NCBI GenBank assembly: GCA_014905635.1
Contig: JABVCE010000011.1
Coordinates: forward strand, 1,178,001 to 1,242,000
Direction of reading: 5' to 3'
Source of the DNA: Scenedesmus sp. PABB004
Lineage: Eukaryota
DNA: 64,000 nucleotides
Below are positions 38,092-51,045 of this stretch, one piece after another. Within the stretch, counting starts at the first letter, position 1; each line of letters starts with the position of its first letter. A program made the position numbers and the translations under genes. Below the pieces are notes generated by a model that made no database searches, had not been told where the DNA came from, and was given only the letters and a program-made list of their open reading frames with translations.

Positions 38092-40477
38092 ATGTACCGC
38101 CTGCAGTCGCTGCTGGGCGCCTGGCTGCCCGGCGCCGCGGCGGACGACGCGGCGGCGACGCGCGGCGCCGCTGCCGGCTTCTGCGCCGCCGAGTTCCCCC
38201 AGGCGCGCGCCGCCGCCGCGCCCACCGCGCTGCCGTGTCCGCCACGCCCCTGACGTCCGCCGCCGCGGCGCAGATGTGGGGAGCGTTCGTGGAGCACGTC
38301 GTCGACAGCGCGTACCTCCGGTCCTGCGCCGCGCCGCCCGCGCCCGAAGTGCGGCGCCCGCGCCACGCCGCCGCCGGCGGCGGCAGGTCGCCGGGGGCCG
38401 CGCGGGCGGCGCGTGAGGCCGCCCGCCGCGCGCGCGGAGCGGCCGCGGGGCCGACGCGCGCCTCCGCGCCGCGCCGTGCCGCCCGCGCGCAGCCGCCGGA
38501 GCTGCCGCCGCTGCGGCTGCCGCCGGCCAAGCGCCTGGTCGCGATCGGCGACCTGCACGGCGACCTGGAGAAGGCGCTGCGCGCGTTCCGGCTCGCCGGC
38601 CTCGTCGACGAGCGCGGCGCGTGGAGCGGCGGCGACGCGGTGTGCGTGCAGGTGCGCGCCGCCGCCGCGCTCCCCCGCTGTGCTTCCTCGCGCCCTCGGG
38701 AGAGCCCCCCCCCCCCTGGCCCCCTGTCCCGCGCGGCGCACGCAGCCCAGCCCCCGCGCCGCCGCCGGCTCACGGTCTGCCGCCGCTCGCGCTCCCGCGG
38801 GCCTCGCCTCCCTCCCTCCCTCCCTCGCGCGCAGGTCGGCGACATCCTGGACCGCGGCGACCAGGAGATCAAGCTCCTGTACCTCCTGGAGCGCCTCCAG
38901 CGCCAGGCGTCGGCCGCGGGCGGCGCGCTGCACGTGCTCAACGGCAACCACGAGACCATGAATGTGGGCGGGAACTTCCGCTACGCGACCGCGGGTGCGG
39001 CCGGCCGGCGCCAGGGGCAGGGGGCAGGCGCGGCGCGGCAGGCGGCGCGGCGGAGAGGGGCGGCGCGGCGGGCGGGCGGCGCGGCACGGCAGGCGGCGCG
39101 GCGCGGCGCGAGCAGGCGCGCGAGCGCCGGCCGGCGCGGCGCGCAGGCGCCGACCTGGAGATGGCGGCGTGGCGGCGCTGGCGCGCGCTCGGGCAGCGCC
39201 TGCGCGACACGTGCGCGGCGTGCCCGTCCGCGGCGGCGGACGCGGCCGCGGCGGGCGCGCCGATCGACGCGGCGAGCGCGGCGGACGCGCCGGCGACGGT
39301 GTCGGTGGGGCGCGGCGCGCGGCAGTTCAACCCGATGCGCGACGCGGCGCTGCGCCCAGGTGCGCGCGGGCGGCGGGGCGCGGGGGCGCGGGGGCGCGGC
39401 TGCGCTGCCGACCGAGGGGGGCGGGCGGCGTGGGAGGCGGAGGGAGGCGCCACGCGGCGCACGGCCCACGCCCGCACCCACACCCACACCGCCGCGTCTG
39501 CGTCCGCGCAGGCGGGCCCCTCACGCGGCGCTTCTTTGCGGGGCACCCCGTGGTGCTGCAGGTCGGCAGCACGCTCTTTGTGCACGGCGGCGTGCTGCCG
39601 GCGCACGTCGAATACGGGCTGGCCGCGATCAACGCGCAGACGCGCGAGTGGATGCTCGGCGGCGACGGCGCCGGCGGCGGCGGCGGCGGCAAGCGCGCGG
39701 CGCCGCCGCCGTTCCTGCGCGGCGCCGACGCGGTCGTGTGGGCGCGGTGCGCGCAGCGCAGCGGCGGGCGCGCGCGCGCGCGCGCGCAGGGGGCCTGGCC
39801 GCCCGCCGGCGGCGCGGGGCCGCCGCGCGCCCGCCCGCCCACGCGTGCCGCCGCGCAGGGACTACTCGGCGCGTGACGAGGCGCGGTGCGACTGCGACAA
39901 GCTGCAGCAGGTGCTGGAGGCGCTGCCGGGCGCAAAGCGCATGGTGGTGAGCCGGGCGGGGGCGGGCGCCCGGGGCGCGGCGCAGCTGGCGGCGTGCCGC
40001 AAGCGCTGGGCTCTCCTCGCGCGCACGCGCGCGCGCGCCAGCCTCAGCGCTCCGCGCCGCGCGCAGGTGGGGCACACGATCCAGGATCGCGGCATCAACG
40101 GCGCGTGCGGCGGCCGCGTGCTGCGCGTGGACGTGGGGCTGTCGCGCGGCTGCGGCAACGGCGACGTGCAGGTGCTCGAGATCACGCAGGACGGCGGCCG
40201 CGTGCTGCGCCTGCGCGAGGGCCTAGAGCCGGAGCTGGTGCAGGCGCAGCAGCAGGCGACGCCGGAGGCGCCGCAGACGCCGGAGCCGCCGGCGCAGCCG
40301 GAGCAGCCGCCGCCGCCGCCGATGCCGCGGCCGCCGGCGTCGCAGCCGCAGCTCGTGCACGCGGCGTTCGCGGCGTGGCCTGCGATGGCGGCGGCGCAGC
40401 AGCGGCAAGCCGGCAGCGGGCCCGCACGAGATCGAGAGCCAGAGCGAGAGCGAGGGCAAGCGCCCGCCCCCGCCTGA
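38092..40477 (+). CDS. Shewanella-like protein phosphatase (SLP2-like metallophosphoesterase)
   Basis: AIGDLHGD, VGDILDRGD, NGNHE, FVHGG, VGHTIQ, RVDVGLS; N-terminal C...PQ|MWGAFVEHVVD resembles plant SLP2. Confidence 0.9.
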
Positions 40478-40645
40478 GCAAGGCGGCGGCGCGCGCGCTG
40501 CTGCGCGCTGCGCCGCGGCGGCGCGGCAGCTGAACGGTCTGCGAGTCGAGCCGCCGCCGGTTCTGCAGCGATCCACGGCCCCGCCGGCACCCGCACAGTT
40601 GTCCCCGACACTCTCGCGCGCGCACGCGCACTCCCGACAGCCGGG

Positions 40646-43519
40646 ATGAGCGAGACCGACGACGAGCGCGTCTGGTACACGCTGGGCGCAGACCGCAATG
40701 CCGTGGGGCCGTACAGCGTCGCGGACCTCACGAGTGCGGCGCCGCTGACGGGGCGCGGGGCCTCGCGCGGCGGCGCGGGCCCGAACGTGCGCCGCCGCTG
40801 CTGCCGCCGCCGCTGCCGCAGGCTACGCGGCCGCTGGACTGCTCGGCGAGGCGCAGGTGTTCTGGAGGCAGGGACAGCCGACCTGGGATAAGCTGCAGGA
40901 CGTGCCGGCGCTCGCCGGCGTGCTGGCGGCGCGGCGAGCAGCGCCGAGCGCCGCTGCCGGCGGGTGCGCGCGACCGGCGCCCCGCCGCGGCCCCGCAGAG
41001 CCGGCACCCGCCAGCCCTCCTGCAGCAGGCGGTCCATGCCTGACGCCCGCTGGGGCCTCGCTGACAGCCCCGCGCCCGCCGCTCGCTGCGCTCCGCCGCC
41101 CGCAGCGGCGCCGGCGGCGCGCCCCCCGCGCACCCGCACCACCCCGCCGTGCTGAGCGCCAAGGCGTCCGACCCGCTCGACGCGTTCCGGTCCCAGATCG
41201 CGGCGGTCGAGGCGGGCGGCGGCGCCGACGCGGCGCCGGGCGGCGGCGAGCCCGAGCGCGCGGGCACGCCCGAGGAGCTAGAGTTTGAAGACGACGACGG
41301 CACGACCTACAAGTGGCACCGCGTGCTGCGCAAGTACGTCCCCGCGGCCGAGGCCGACGCCGACGCGGCCGCCGGCGCGGCGGCGGGCGCGGCGGCGTAC
41401 GACGTTGAGGCGATGACGTTTGTGGCTGAGGAGGAGGTCATACCCACACTCGCCGCGGCGCGCGCGGCCGAGGAGGCCGCGGCCGCGGCGGCGGAGGCCG
41501 CCGGCGGCGGCGGCGACGGCGGCGGCGGCGGCGGCAGCAAGGTGCGGCGCGGCGGTGGCGGCGGCGGCGGCGGTGGCGCGCGCGCGGCGCGCACGTGATG
41601 CCCGCCCGAACGCGGCCGCCGCCGCCGCGCCGCCGCGCAGCGCGGCGCCGACGGCGAGGCGGGGCCGCGCGGCAAGCGGGCCAAGGGCGGCGAAGCGCCC
41701 GGCGGCGAGGCCGCTGCAGCAGGCGCTGCAGCCGGCGCCGACGGCGCGCAGCAGGAGGAGGGCGAGCAGAAGCCCGGCTGGTTTGAGCTCAAGGTGGGGC
41801 GCGGGCGGCGCTGGCACCGGCAGGGCGCGCCCGCCCGGAGGCGCCCCGTCCCGTCCACGGCCGCCCGTGCTCACGGGCGACCCCCGCGCGCCGCCGCCGC
41901 CTGCGGCTCGGCGGCGCGACGCGGCAGGCCACGACGAGCGTGTACGTGTCGGGCCTGCCGGGCGACACCGACGTGGACGAGGTGGCCGGCTTCTTTGCAA
42001 AGTGCGGCATCGTCAAGCTCGACGACGCGGGGCAGCCGCGCGTCAAGCTCTACCGGTGCGCCGCGTGCGCTCGGCGCAGGGGGGGGGGGGGCGCACAGCG
42101 CAGGCCCTGCCGCGCCGCAGGGGCCCGCCGCGGGCGGCGCGCGCGGCGTCCGAGGGCGCGCACGCGCGCGAGAGAGAGCGAGGGAGCGGCAGAGAGTGTG
42201 CGCCGCGCCGCGCCGAGCGCCGCGTGCCGCCGTGCGCCCGCGCAGGCACAAGGACAGTGGGCTGCTCAAGGGCGACGGCCTGGTCACGTACCTCAAGGCC
42301 CCCTCGGTGCCGCTGGCGGTGCAGATCCTGGACGGCACGCCGCTGCGCGTCGGCGGGCCGCCGCTGGCCGTGTCGGAGGCGCGGTTTGAGATGAAGGGCG
42401 ACGCGTTCAAAGACAAAAAGGGCGGCGCCGCCGGCGACGCCGCCGCGGGCGCCAAGGGCGGCAGCGGCGGCAAGGGCGGCGGCAAGGGCGGCGGCAAGGG
42501 CGGCAAGGGCGGCGGCGGCGGCCGCGGCGGCGGCGGCCGCGGCGGCCGCGGCGGCGGCCGCGGCGACAAGAAGAAGCGGCCGTTCACGCAGCTGGAGAAG
42601 CTCGAGCGCAAGCTGGGCTGGGGCGGCTTTGACGACGCGCTGCCGCCGGAGAAGGCGCGCCGCGCGCGTGCTGCGCCGCTGCGCCGCCGCCGCCGACGGC
42701 CCGCGCGCGCGGCGAGCGGCAAGCGCACGCCCGCCGCCCGAGCGCCCGCTGGTGCCGCCGGTGCCGCCGCGCAGGTCACTGTGGTGATCAAGGGCATGTT
42801 CACGCCCGCCGAGGCCGACGCGGGCGGGCCGGGCTTTGGCGCCGAGCTCGAAAAGGACGTGACCGCTGAGTGCGCCAAGCTGGGCAAGGTGGAGAAGGTG
42901 GGCAGCCGGCCGCCGCGCCGCGCCGCGCCGCGGCGGCCCGGGCGCGCGACCACCACCCGCCGCCGCCGCCCGCCCGCCGACGCCGCGCCGCGCCCAGGTG
43001 CGCGTGTTTGCGTCCCACCCCGAGGGCGTCGTGACGGTGCGCTTCGCGCAGGAGGAGCCCGCGGCGACGTGCCTCGCGCGCATGCAGGGCCGCTGGTTTG
43101 GCGGGCACCAGCTGCAGGCGGCGATGTGGGACGGCGTGACCTCGTTCCACGTGCGCGACCCGGGCGGCGCGCGGCGCGGCGGCCGGCGCGGCGCCGACAC
43201 GCGCTCCTCTCGCCTGCGGGCGCCGCCCCCTGGGCAGGGCGCGCGCCGCGCCCGTTGCCCGGCCGCGAGCGCCGCGCCGACCGCCGTGCCGGCCCCGCCG
43301 CCGCCGCCGCCGCCGCCGCAGGCCAAGGCCGAGAAGAAGGAGTCTGCGGAGGAGGAGGCGGCGCGGCTGGACGCGTTTGCGCGCGAGCTGGAGGCGCAGC
43401 ACGCGGCCGAGGCGGCGGCCGAGGCGGCAGCAGCCGAGGCGGCGGCGGCCGGCGCGGCGGGCGGCGGCGCGGCAGCGAGCGAGGCGGCGGCGGGCGACGG
43501 GGGCGCAGCGGCGCCATGA
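40646..43519 (+). CDS. TatSF1/CUS2/ELF9-like U2 snRNP-associated splicing factor (GYF_2 + RRM + UHM); 9 exons
   Basis: WY...VGPYS...WRQGQPTW; EFEDDDGTTYKW; VYVSGLP, FAKCGIVK, KGDGLVTYLK..SV.LA; ERKLGWGG; ECAKLGKVEK|VRVF..HPEGVVTVRF; MQGRWFGG. Confidence 0.93.
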
Positions 43520-44568
43520 CGCACGCCGCTGCGGGAGTGCACAGGGCGGTTAACTGCCATGCCCACACGCACGAGTGCGCTGCCAGCTCTGCGCCAGCTC
43601 TCCGGCCCCGTTGCACAACACCAGACGGACGTCAACGTGATGATGCGAAGCAGTCCTGCGACCTCTGATGAGACCACCACGGCCGGAGGGACCCGGCAAC
43701 ACGCGACGACGACGACGACGACGACGGCTCTCCGCAGCGCTGCGCCACACCCCCCCCCCCCCTCGGCGCGACGGCGCCTACGACGGCGCCCGCACACGTC
43801 AAGTGCAGTGCTGACCCCCGCTCGCCCCCGCTCACCACACCTCACACCTCGCCGCACCGCACCGCCGCTGGGGGCGCGCGCCGCGCGCGTCGCGCCGCAG
43901 CGCGTGCGCGGCGCCGCCCCCGTCGCCCCCGCCGACCCTCGCCACACGCGTCACAACAACACGGTGCCCGGCGGGCAGCGCCCGCGGCACGCAGTCAGTC
44001 AGACAGACCGGGTTCTGCGCCGCTCGCACGACCGCGGCTCCCATGCGTTCCCGCCGCGCGCGACAGGCGCGGGCGGGGGCGTGGCCGGCTCAGCGCGGCA
44101 CGCCCGGCCGACAACACACAAAACGGCTGCCCCACCAGGTTGGGACGGCCACACGGGCGACGGCGACGTTCGAACGTCGCCAGCCTCTCGGGACCCTCCC
44201 CTGCTCCACGACTCGACTCAGCTTTGGCTGCCGCCGCCGCGCAGGACCGACCGACCACGACACAACACAGCAGCACAGAACCCAAGCCCCGACACGGGGC
44301 TGGCCGCGGGCGACGGCCGCGGCCAGCCCCACCGGTGCGCCTGCACGCGCCCGCCGCGCGGCGGCAGCGGGGCGCCGCCGCCCCGCCGCGCCACGCGGCG
44401 GCACGCCTCGGTTTCTCACTCGACCGTGGCCCATCCCACCGCCGCTGGTGATATCACCAAGGCCACCACAGCAGACGACACGGCAAACAAACCGACGGCG
44501 CCCCAACCGCTGACGCCCCGCCAAGGTGGCGTCGGCGCGGGGGCAAGGCTCACTCTCGACTCACAAGC

Positions 44569-47089
44569 TCAGCCCATGTGCTGGAACGCACCCCCGCCGG
44601 GCAGCATCAGCGCCAGCAGCTGCGCCGCCTGCGCCTGCGCGGCCTGCGCGGCCTGCGCCTGCTGCACAGCGTGCACGGCCTGCGCCTGCGGCTGCGCCGC
44701 CTGCTCGTGCTGCGCCGCGAGCTGGCGCAGCTGCTGGAGCTGCTGCAGCTGCTGCGCCGTGGACGCCGCGGCCGTGGCCATCTGCTGGTAAGCGCTGGCG
44801 ATGGCGGCGAGGCCGCCGAGCTGCAGCGCCGGCGCCCCGGGGGCGCCGGCGCCGGGCCCGCCGCGAGCGCGCCCAGCCAGCCGCCCGTGCCGCTGAGGGC
44901 CGCCGCCGCCGCCGCCGCCGCCGCCACGTCAACGGCCGGAGGGGCCGTGGCGGGCGCGGGGGTGGCGGCCGGCTCTGTGCGCTCGCCGCTGTCCGGCTGG
45001 CTGCCGCCGTCGGCCTGGCCAGCCTGCTCGCCGCAGCCGGGCGCTGGCGCGCCCTGCTGTGCCATTCCCTGGTCCTGCTCCTGCAGCGCGGTGCCGCCGG
45101 CGGCGGCGCAGGGGCTGCCGTCGCTGCTACCGCCGGCGGCGCCGCCCGAGCCGGCGGCGGTGCCGGAACGCTCCGCCTGCCTGCTGCTCTGGTCCTGCAC
45201 CTCTGCCCACGCGCCGGGCAGCGGGGCGTCGGCGCCCGGCGGCGCCGCCTGGGCGCCCAGCGCCGCGAGGAAGGGCAGCGCCTGCGCCAGCAGTTCGCCG
45301 CCGGGCGCGGGCGCCGCGCCCAGCCCGGGCAGCCCCGCCAGGGGCGCCGGGGCGCGCTGCAGGTCGGCGAGCACCGACAGCCAGTGGAGCGTGGCGGTCG
45401 AGGCGGAGGGGTCCCACGCCGGCGCAGCCGCGGGCACGACGGGGCTGAACGCCGAGCCGCCGCCGCTGCCCACCGTCGCCGCTGCGAGCGCGCCGCTGGG
45501 CAGCGCGCCGGTGCTGCTGCCGCCGCTGCTGCACTCGCGGTCCTGCGCCGCGTGGTGGTGGTGGTGCTGCGCGTGCCGGTGGTGGTGGTGGTGCTGCTGC
45601 TGCCCGCCGCCCGCCGCCGCGCGCGGCGCGGAGCAGCTGTTGCTGCCACTCCCGCTGCCGCTCGCCAGACCGGCCAGCGGCAGCGCGCCCGGCTGCAGCA
45701 GGCGCGCCAGCGCCACGATGTTTACGAGGTCGGCCCCCGCCGCCGGCGCGGGCGCCGGCGGCTGCCGCGCGAGGCCCAGCAGCTGCGCCGCCGGGTTGAG
45801 CGCGCCCAGGAGCGCGTCCTGCTGCTGCTGCGCCTGCTGCTGCGCCTGCTGCTGCAGCAGCCGCTGCTGCTGCAGCAGCACCAGCCAGCTCGCCTGCTGC
45901 TGCACCTGCTGTGCCTGCTGGGCGTGCGCTGCCAGCTGCGCCGCCGCGGCCGCCTGCTGCTGCGCCGCCGCCAGCTGTTGGGCGCACGCCAGCTGCTGCT
46001 GCGCCTGCGCCTGCGCCTGGGCCTGGGCGTCGTGCGTCGGCGCGTGCGGCCCCTGCTTCAACGCCTGCGGTGGTCGGCGGTGGCAGCGCACGCGTCAGCA
46101 GGGCGGGCCCCGAGGCGGCGCCGCGCGAGCACGCCGGCAGCCGCACGCGCGCGCGCCCGCAGCCGCGCGCCCCGCACCTCGCCGCTGCGCTGCACGTGCT
46201 GCGCGATCGCCAGCTCCTGCAGCTCCAGCAGCCGCGCGCCGCCCGGCAGCGCGTCGGTCGGGCCGACGCCCGCGAGCTTGCGCAGCAGCAGGCGGTACTT
46301 TTGCAGGTGGCTCGCCACGTTCTCACGCGACAGCCACGGCTCGTCCAGCGCCTGCAGCAGGGCCTTGGGCGTGACGGTGTCGACGCCGAGCGCGAGCGCC
46401 GCGCGCATGAAGCGGAGGTGCAGCGCGGGGCACCACACCATGCGGCTGCTGCGCTGCTGCTGCGAGCCCGCCGCCGCGGCGGCGTGCGCCGCCAGCGCGC
46501 TCTGCGCCGCCTGCTGGTGCTGGTGCTGCTGGTGCTGCTGCTGGTGCTGCGCAGCCGCCGCAAAGGCGGCGCCTCCGTCGCCGGCCGCCAGCCCCGCCTG
46601 CTGCCACCACCACCACTGCCGCTGCTGCTGCTGCGCCGACGCCGCCGCCGCGGCCGCCGCCGCCTGCAGCTGCTGCTGCTGCGCCCCGCCCGCCGGCGGC
46701 GGCGCGGGCTCCGGCTCGCGCGCCGCCTGGCGCTCGTCGCCGGCGCTGGAGCCCGCGGGCGTGTCGCCCAGCGCCGTCTGCGTCGACGCGAGCGAGCGCG
46801 GCGCGCCGCCCGCCGCCGCGCACGCGGCGGGCCCGCCGCCGCCCGCGAGCGCGGCGAGCGCCGCCGCCGCCCACTGCGGCGGGATGCCGCCCGGCTCTAG
46901 TGCGCGCGCCTTGGCCTCGCGCGCGGGCGCCCCGCCGCCGCCATCGTCGTCCTCGCGCCGCCGCTTGGGGGCGGCGGCGCACGCGCCCGGCGGCGCCGCC
47001 GCCGCCGCAGGCGGCGCGCGCTCGCCGGCGCCGCCGCTCACGGCGCCGCCGCCTCCAAGCGGCGGCGACGCCTGCACGTCCGCCTCCAT
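44569..47089 (-). CDS. GARP/G2-like MYB transcription factor with Q/A-rich regions (3' structure uncertain)
   Basis: RMVWCPALHLRFMRAALALGVDTVTPKALLQALDEPWLSRENVASHLQKYRL. Confidence 0.85.
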
Positions 47090-47675
47090 GTGTGCTGCTG
47101 CGGATCGCTCGCGCCGTGCATTTGCGGGGTCGATGCTGCTCCCTGCTGCGCCCGCAGCCGCGCTGCGCCGCGTGCACCTGCGCCGGGCGCGGGCCAGCAG
47201 GCGGACGGCGCAGAGTCAGGCCGCTGCAGCGGGAGCGGGGCGGCGTGGCGGGCGGCGCGCGCGCTCGGGGCTCCAACACGCTGCCGGGCGCCCAGGGCGC
47301 CGGGCCGCGGCGCCCGCGCCCTGGATGGCTGGGGGGACCCGGTGCGGTGCCGGGACGCTGCCCACGCGGCCCGGGCGCCGCGGCCCGTGAGCGAGGGGCT
47401 GCCTCCTCGGCGCGGCCGGCGCGGCGCAGCGCGGCGCCCCCGCCGCCCGGCGTGGCGCTCCCACGCGCACCTGGTGCTGTCGGCTGGGCCCTGCGCTCCC
47501 CGCCTCCTAGCGCGTGCGCGGCGGGCGGTGAGGTCGTGCCCTCTAGCGCGTGCCGCTGCGGTGTGCTTGGTCCTGGTGGCTTCTCTCTCGCCGCACCCGA
47601 TGCTATGGCGGCGCGCGGGGCCGTGGCGTCGGCACACGCGCGGGCAAGCCCCTCCAGATATCTCTGTCATTTAAC

Positions 47676-47680
47676 TTACA
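47676..47680 (-). promoter_or_regulatory. TGTAA polyadenylation signal of the PP2C-like gene
   Basis: About 135 nt downstream of the inferred stop. Confidence 0.55.
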
Positions 47681-47814
47681 GCTTGCGGCTGGCCACACGA
47701 CGCCTGAACGCGCCCACCTCGTCCCCGCGCCGGCAGGTGCGCCGCCGCACGCCGCCGCACGCCGCACGCCGCCGCCCCCGCGGCCGCCCCGCCCCCGCCC
47801 ACGCACACGCAGGC

Positions 47815-50800
47815 TCAGCAGTGCGACGCCGGCTTGCGCAGGCTGATGGACTTGCCGGCGGCGGCGGCGGCGGCCCGCGGCGGCGAGGCCGCGCGCCGGT
47901 CACCGCCGACGGGCGGCGCCTTGGCCGCGCCGGGCGTGCCGCCGCGGCCGGGGCGCAGGCCCAGGCCCGCGCTGCCGGGCGTGCCGGCGCGGCCGCGGCC
48001 CTCGGGCGCGGGGCTCGCGCGGCCCTCCGCGGCCAGCGCGGCGGCGAGGCTCTGCGTCGAGCTGCGCAGGCTGATGCCGGGCTCGGCCGACGCGCGGCTG
48101 GCGCGCAGCGACAGCCCCGCCGCCTTGGAGCTGGGCGCCTTGGGGCTGGGCGAGCCGGCGGCGCCGCGCGGCCGCGCGCCGGCGCCGGGGGCCAGCCGCC
48201 GCCGCCCGCCGCGGCCGCCGCCGCCGCGGCCGCCTCGGCGCGCGCCTTGGTGGGCGAGTCCACGCGCGACGGCGAGTCGACGTCACTCTCGTGCTCCGCC
48301 GGCCCGCAGCCCGCGGGCGCGAGCGCCAGCCGCGACGGCGGCGTGCGCCGCGCGCCGGCGCTGCCGGGCGTCGCGCCGCCGCCGGCGCGGCGCGCCGCCG
48401 CGGGCGACGCGGCCGCGAGCGCCGGCGCCTTGCCGCGCAGGGGCGTGTCGGGGTCCACCACAGCGCCCGCCAGGCTGACCTTGACCGCGGAGCCCTGTTC
48501 CCGCCACGCGCGCACCTCCGCCGCGCGCGCCGCGTCGACGGCGGCCGCCTCCGCCGCGTTCACCAGCTCCCACCAGCGCGCGCGCAGCGTGCGCCTGCGG
48601 GGGCGCGAGCGCGGGAGGGGCGGCTTGGGACGCCAGCCGGGGGTCGCCCGCGGCGTGGCGGCACGCGCCGTGACGCGCCGCGCCCCGCCGGACCTGTAGG
48701 CCGCCTGGAACTTGACCGCCAGCCGCAGCAGCTGCCAGCGGTACACGGCGCCGGGCGCGGCACCGCGCGGCCGGACGGGCGCTGCGGCGACATGCCCGGA
48801 ACAATGGCGTCGGCGGGCCTGCGGCGCCGCGGCGGCGGGCGGGGGTCAGTGGGGGCTCTGCGCGCGCTGCGGCGCGGCTCCACGGCCGCTTGAGGACCGT
48901 GCACGCACGCACATCGGCCACTTGAGCGCGACCACGACCAGGCCCAGGTCGGCGTGCACGTGGCCGCGGTTGAATCCGCCGTCGGCGTAGCCGCGCGGCA
49001 GGCGCAGCTCCGCGCCCGCGCCCCGCGGCCCCGGGGGGCGCAGCGCCTCCTTGTCGACCACCAGCGGCAGCGCCTGGCCGGGCAGCGGGGGGGGGGGGGG
49101 CGCCGCGTTGCTTCGCGCGCACGCGCGCGGACAGGCGCCCAGCACGGCGCGGCCGAGCGCGCCGCGCACAGCCCCCCCCCTCTCCCCCCCCCCCCTCCCT
49201 GCACACCGCGAGCTCGTCGTGCGTCATCGCCGGCAGCGGCTCGGTCGCCTCGCCCGCCGCGCCCAGCTCACGGCGCGCCTGCTCCATGTCGGCGTTGTGG
49301 CGCTCGAGGGCCTTGGACAGCGCGCGGTGCATCACCAGCCGCGCGACGTTGGTCTGCCGCGCCAGCTGCGCGGCCGCGGGCGCGAGCGGGGGCGGCTGAG
49401 CGTGGCGGAGGCGGCGCGGGGCGCCGGCGCGCGCGCGCCCGGCGTGTCGCGCGTGGGCCCGGCCGCGCCGTGGAGCGCGGCGGCGCACCTGGCCGGCCGC
49501 CGCGACCTCGCTCGGCTGCTCGCCGGCGGCGCCGCCGCGGCTGCCGCGCGCGCGCCTCTGGGCGCCGGCCCCGGACGGCGTGGCGTTGGCCGCGCCGTCG
49601 CCGCCCGCGGCGGCGCAGAGCGCCGCCTTGGCGTCGGCGAGGCGGCCCGCGTTGAAGTGGTGCAGCAGCAGGCCCACCTCCTCGGCGGGCATCACCGACA
49701 GCAGGCCCGCCCCCGCCAGCACCAGCGTCTCGTCGCCCGCCGCGAGCGAGCTCACCCTGACCTGCGCCGGGCGGGGCCGGGCCGGGCCGTCGCTGGCTCA
49801 GCGGGCCGCCGCGGGCTCAGCAGGCCGCTGCGGGCTCATCGGGCCGCGGCGGCGGAGCGCGCGGCCGCCGCACCTCGCAGTCGTGTGAAACAAACGGCAG
49901 CGGCGGCAGGGCGTGCCTCAGGCCCGCGTTGGCGTCCTGGCGCAGCCACAGCGCCTGCAGCTTGGCCGTCTTGCCAAAGCCCAGGCCGACCGCGCAGCCG
50001 CTGGTGGCCGCGCCCTCGCCGCTCGCCGGCGCGGCGCCGCCACTGCTGCCGACGCCCGCCTCGCGCGACAGCACCAGCCTGTGCGCCTTGCTCGAGCTCA
50101 GCGGCCGCACGCTCACGCCGGTGGTGTAAAACGCACCTGCGCGCGCGCGGGCCGGCGGCCGCGGCGCGCGCGTCAGCGCCCCAGCACGCGGCGCCCCCTG
50201 CCCACCCCTGCCTCCGTTGCCGCCGCCGGCCAGGCAGGGCGGTGCGGCGCGCACCCTTGCTCGCGGCCAGGAATGGCAGCGCGTCGCCGAGGCGCGCGAC
50301 GGTGCAGCTGTTGGCGCGCGTGTCAACGTAAACCATCAGCCCCGTCGCGCCCACGCCCGCCTTGACCTGCGGCGGCGGCGCGCGCGAGCCCCGTCGTGCG
50401 CCGCCGCCGGCGCCGCTGCTGGGGCCGCCAGCGCGCGGCCTGCCGGCCGCGCGCGTGCGCGTGCGGCGGGGCCGCACCGCGTCTGGCAGGTCGGACGCAA
50501 AGAAGCTCCGGTCCAGCTGCCGCACCGCCTGGCGCAGCGCCCAGGTGGGGTCGGGGTTGGCGGCCAGGCACTCAACGAGCGCCTCGTAGCAGCGGTCCGC
50601 GCAGTGCCGCGCCGCCGCCGCGCCGCCGACGCCCTCCCAGAGCGCGGCAAAGAGGTGGCCCTCGCCCGCCACCACGCGCGTGAGCGCCTGGAACGGATAG
50701 CTCGCCGGCGCGGACGCCGTGAAGGGCAGCAGCTGCGGCGCCAGCGGCGGGCAGGGGGGCGGGCGGCGTCGGCCGCCACCGCGGCGCGGCGAGCGCCGCG

Positions 50801-51045
50801 ACCTCCGCGCACAACCGCCCCGTGCGCGCACCTTGGCGCCGCCCGCGAAGCTCTGCTGCCGCAGCGCGCAGGCGTCGGTGGTGCTGACCGACCTCGGCAC
50901 CTCCTGCGGCGGCGCGGCGGCGCGGGGGGCGGCGGTGGGCGCTGCGACCTCGTCGGTCGGCCAGCGCGGGCCGCGGTGGCCGGGCAGCGGCGGCGCGCCG
51001 CCGCACCAGCACCAGCTCATCCGGCTTGCTGACGCAGCAGCCCAT
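47815..51045 (-). CDS. PP2C/PPM-fold protein, probable pseudophosphatase, with N-terminal MGCC acylation motif; about 10 exons
   Basis: FAALWEGVGGAAAARHC, GATGLMVYV, VARLGDA, LVLAGAGL, NVARLVMHRAL, HVHADLGLVVVAL follow PP2C motif order; stop inferred after a frameshift near 48180. Confidence 0.75.

Noticed and set aside
40646..40960. GYF_2 domain fused to TatSF1
   Set aside because: To my knowledge this architecture is usual for green-lineage homologues, so it is not novel
43637..43814. GTGATGA...CTGA box C/D-like words and CTGATGAG (hammerhead-like core) downstream of TatSF1
   Set aside because: Spacing is wrong, no terminal stem or recognisable guide, and no GAAA element for a hammerhead
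43520..44568. 1 kb A/C-rich gap with ORF 43559-44791 as a transposon or gene
   Set aside because: No domain motifs, terminal repeats or TSD; composition fits convergent 3' UTRs
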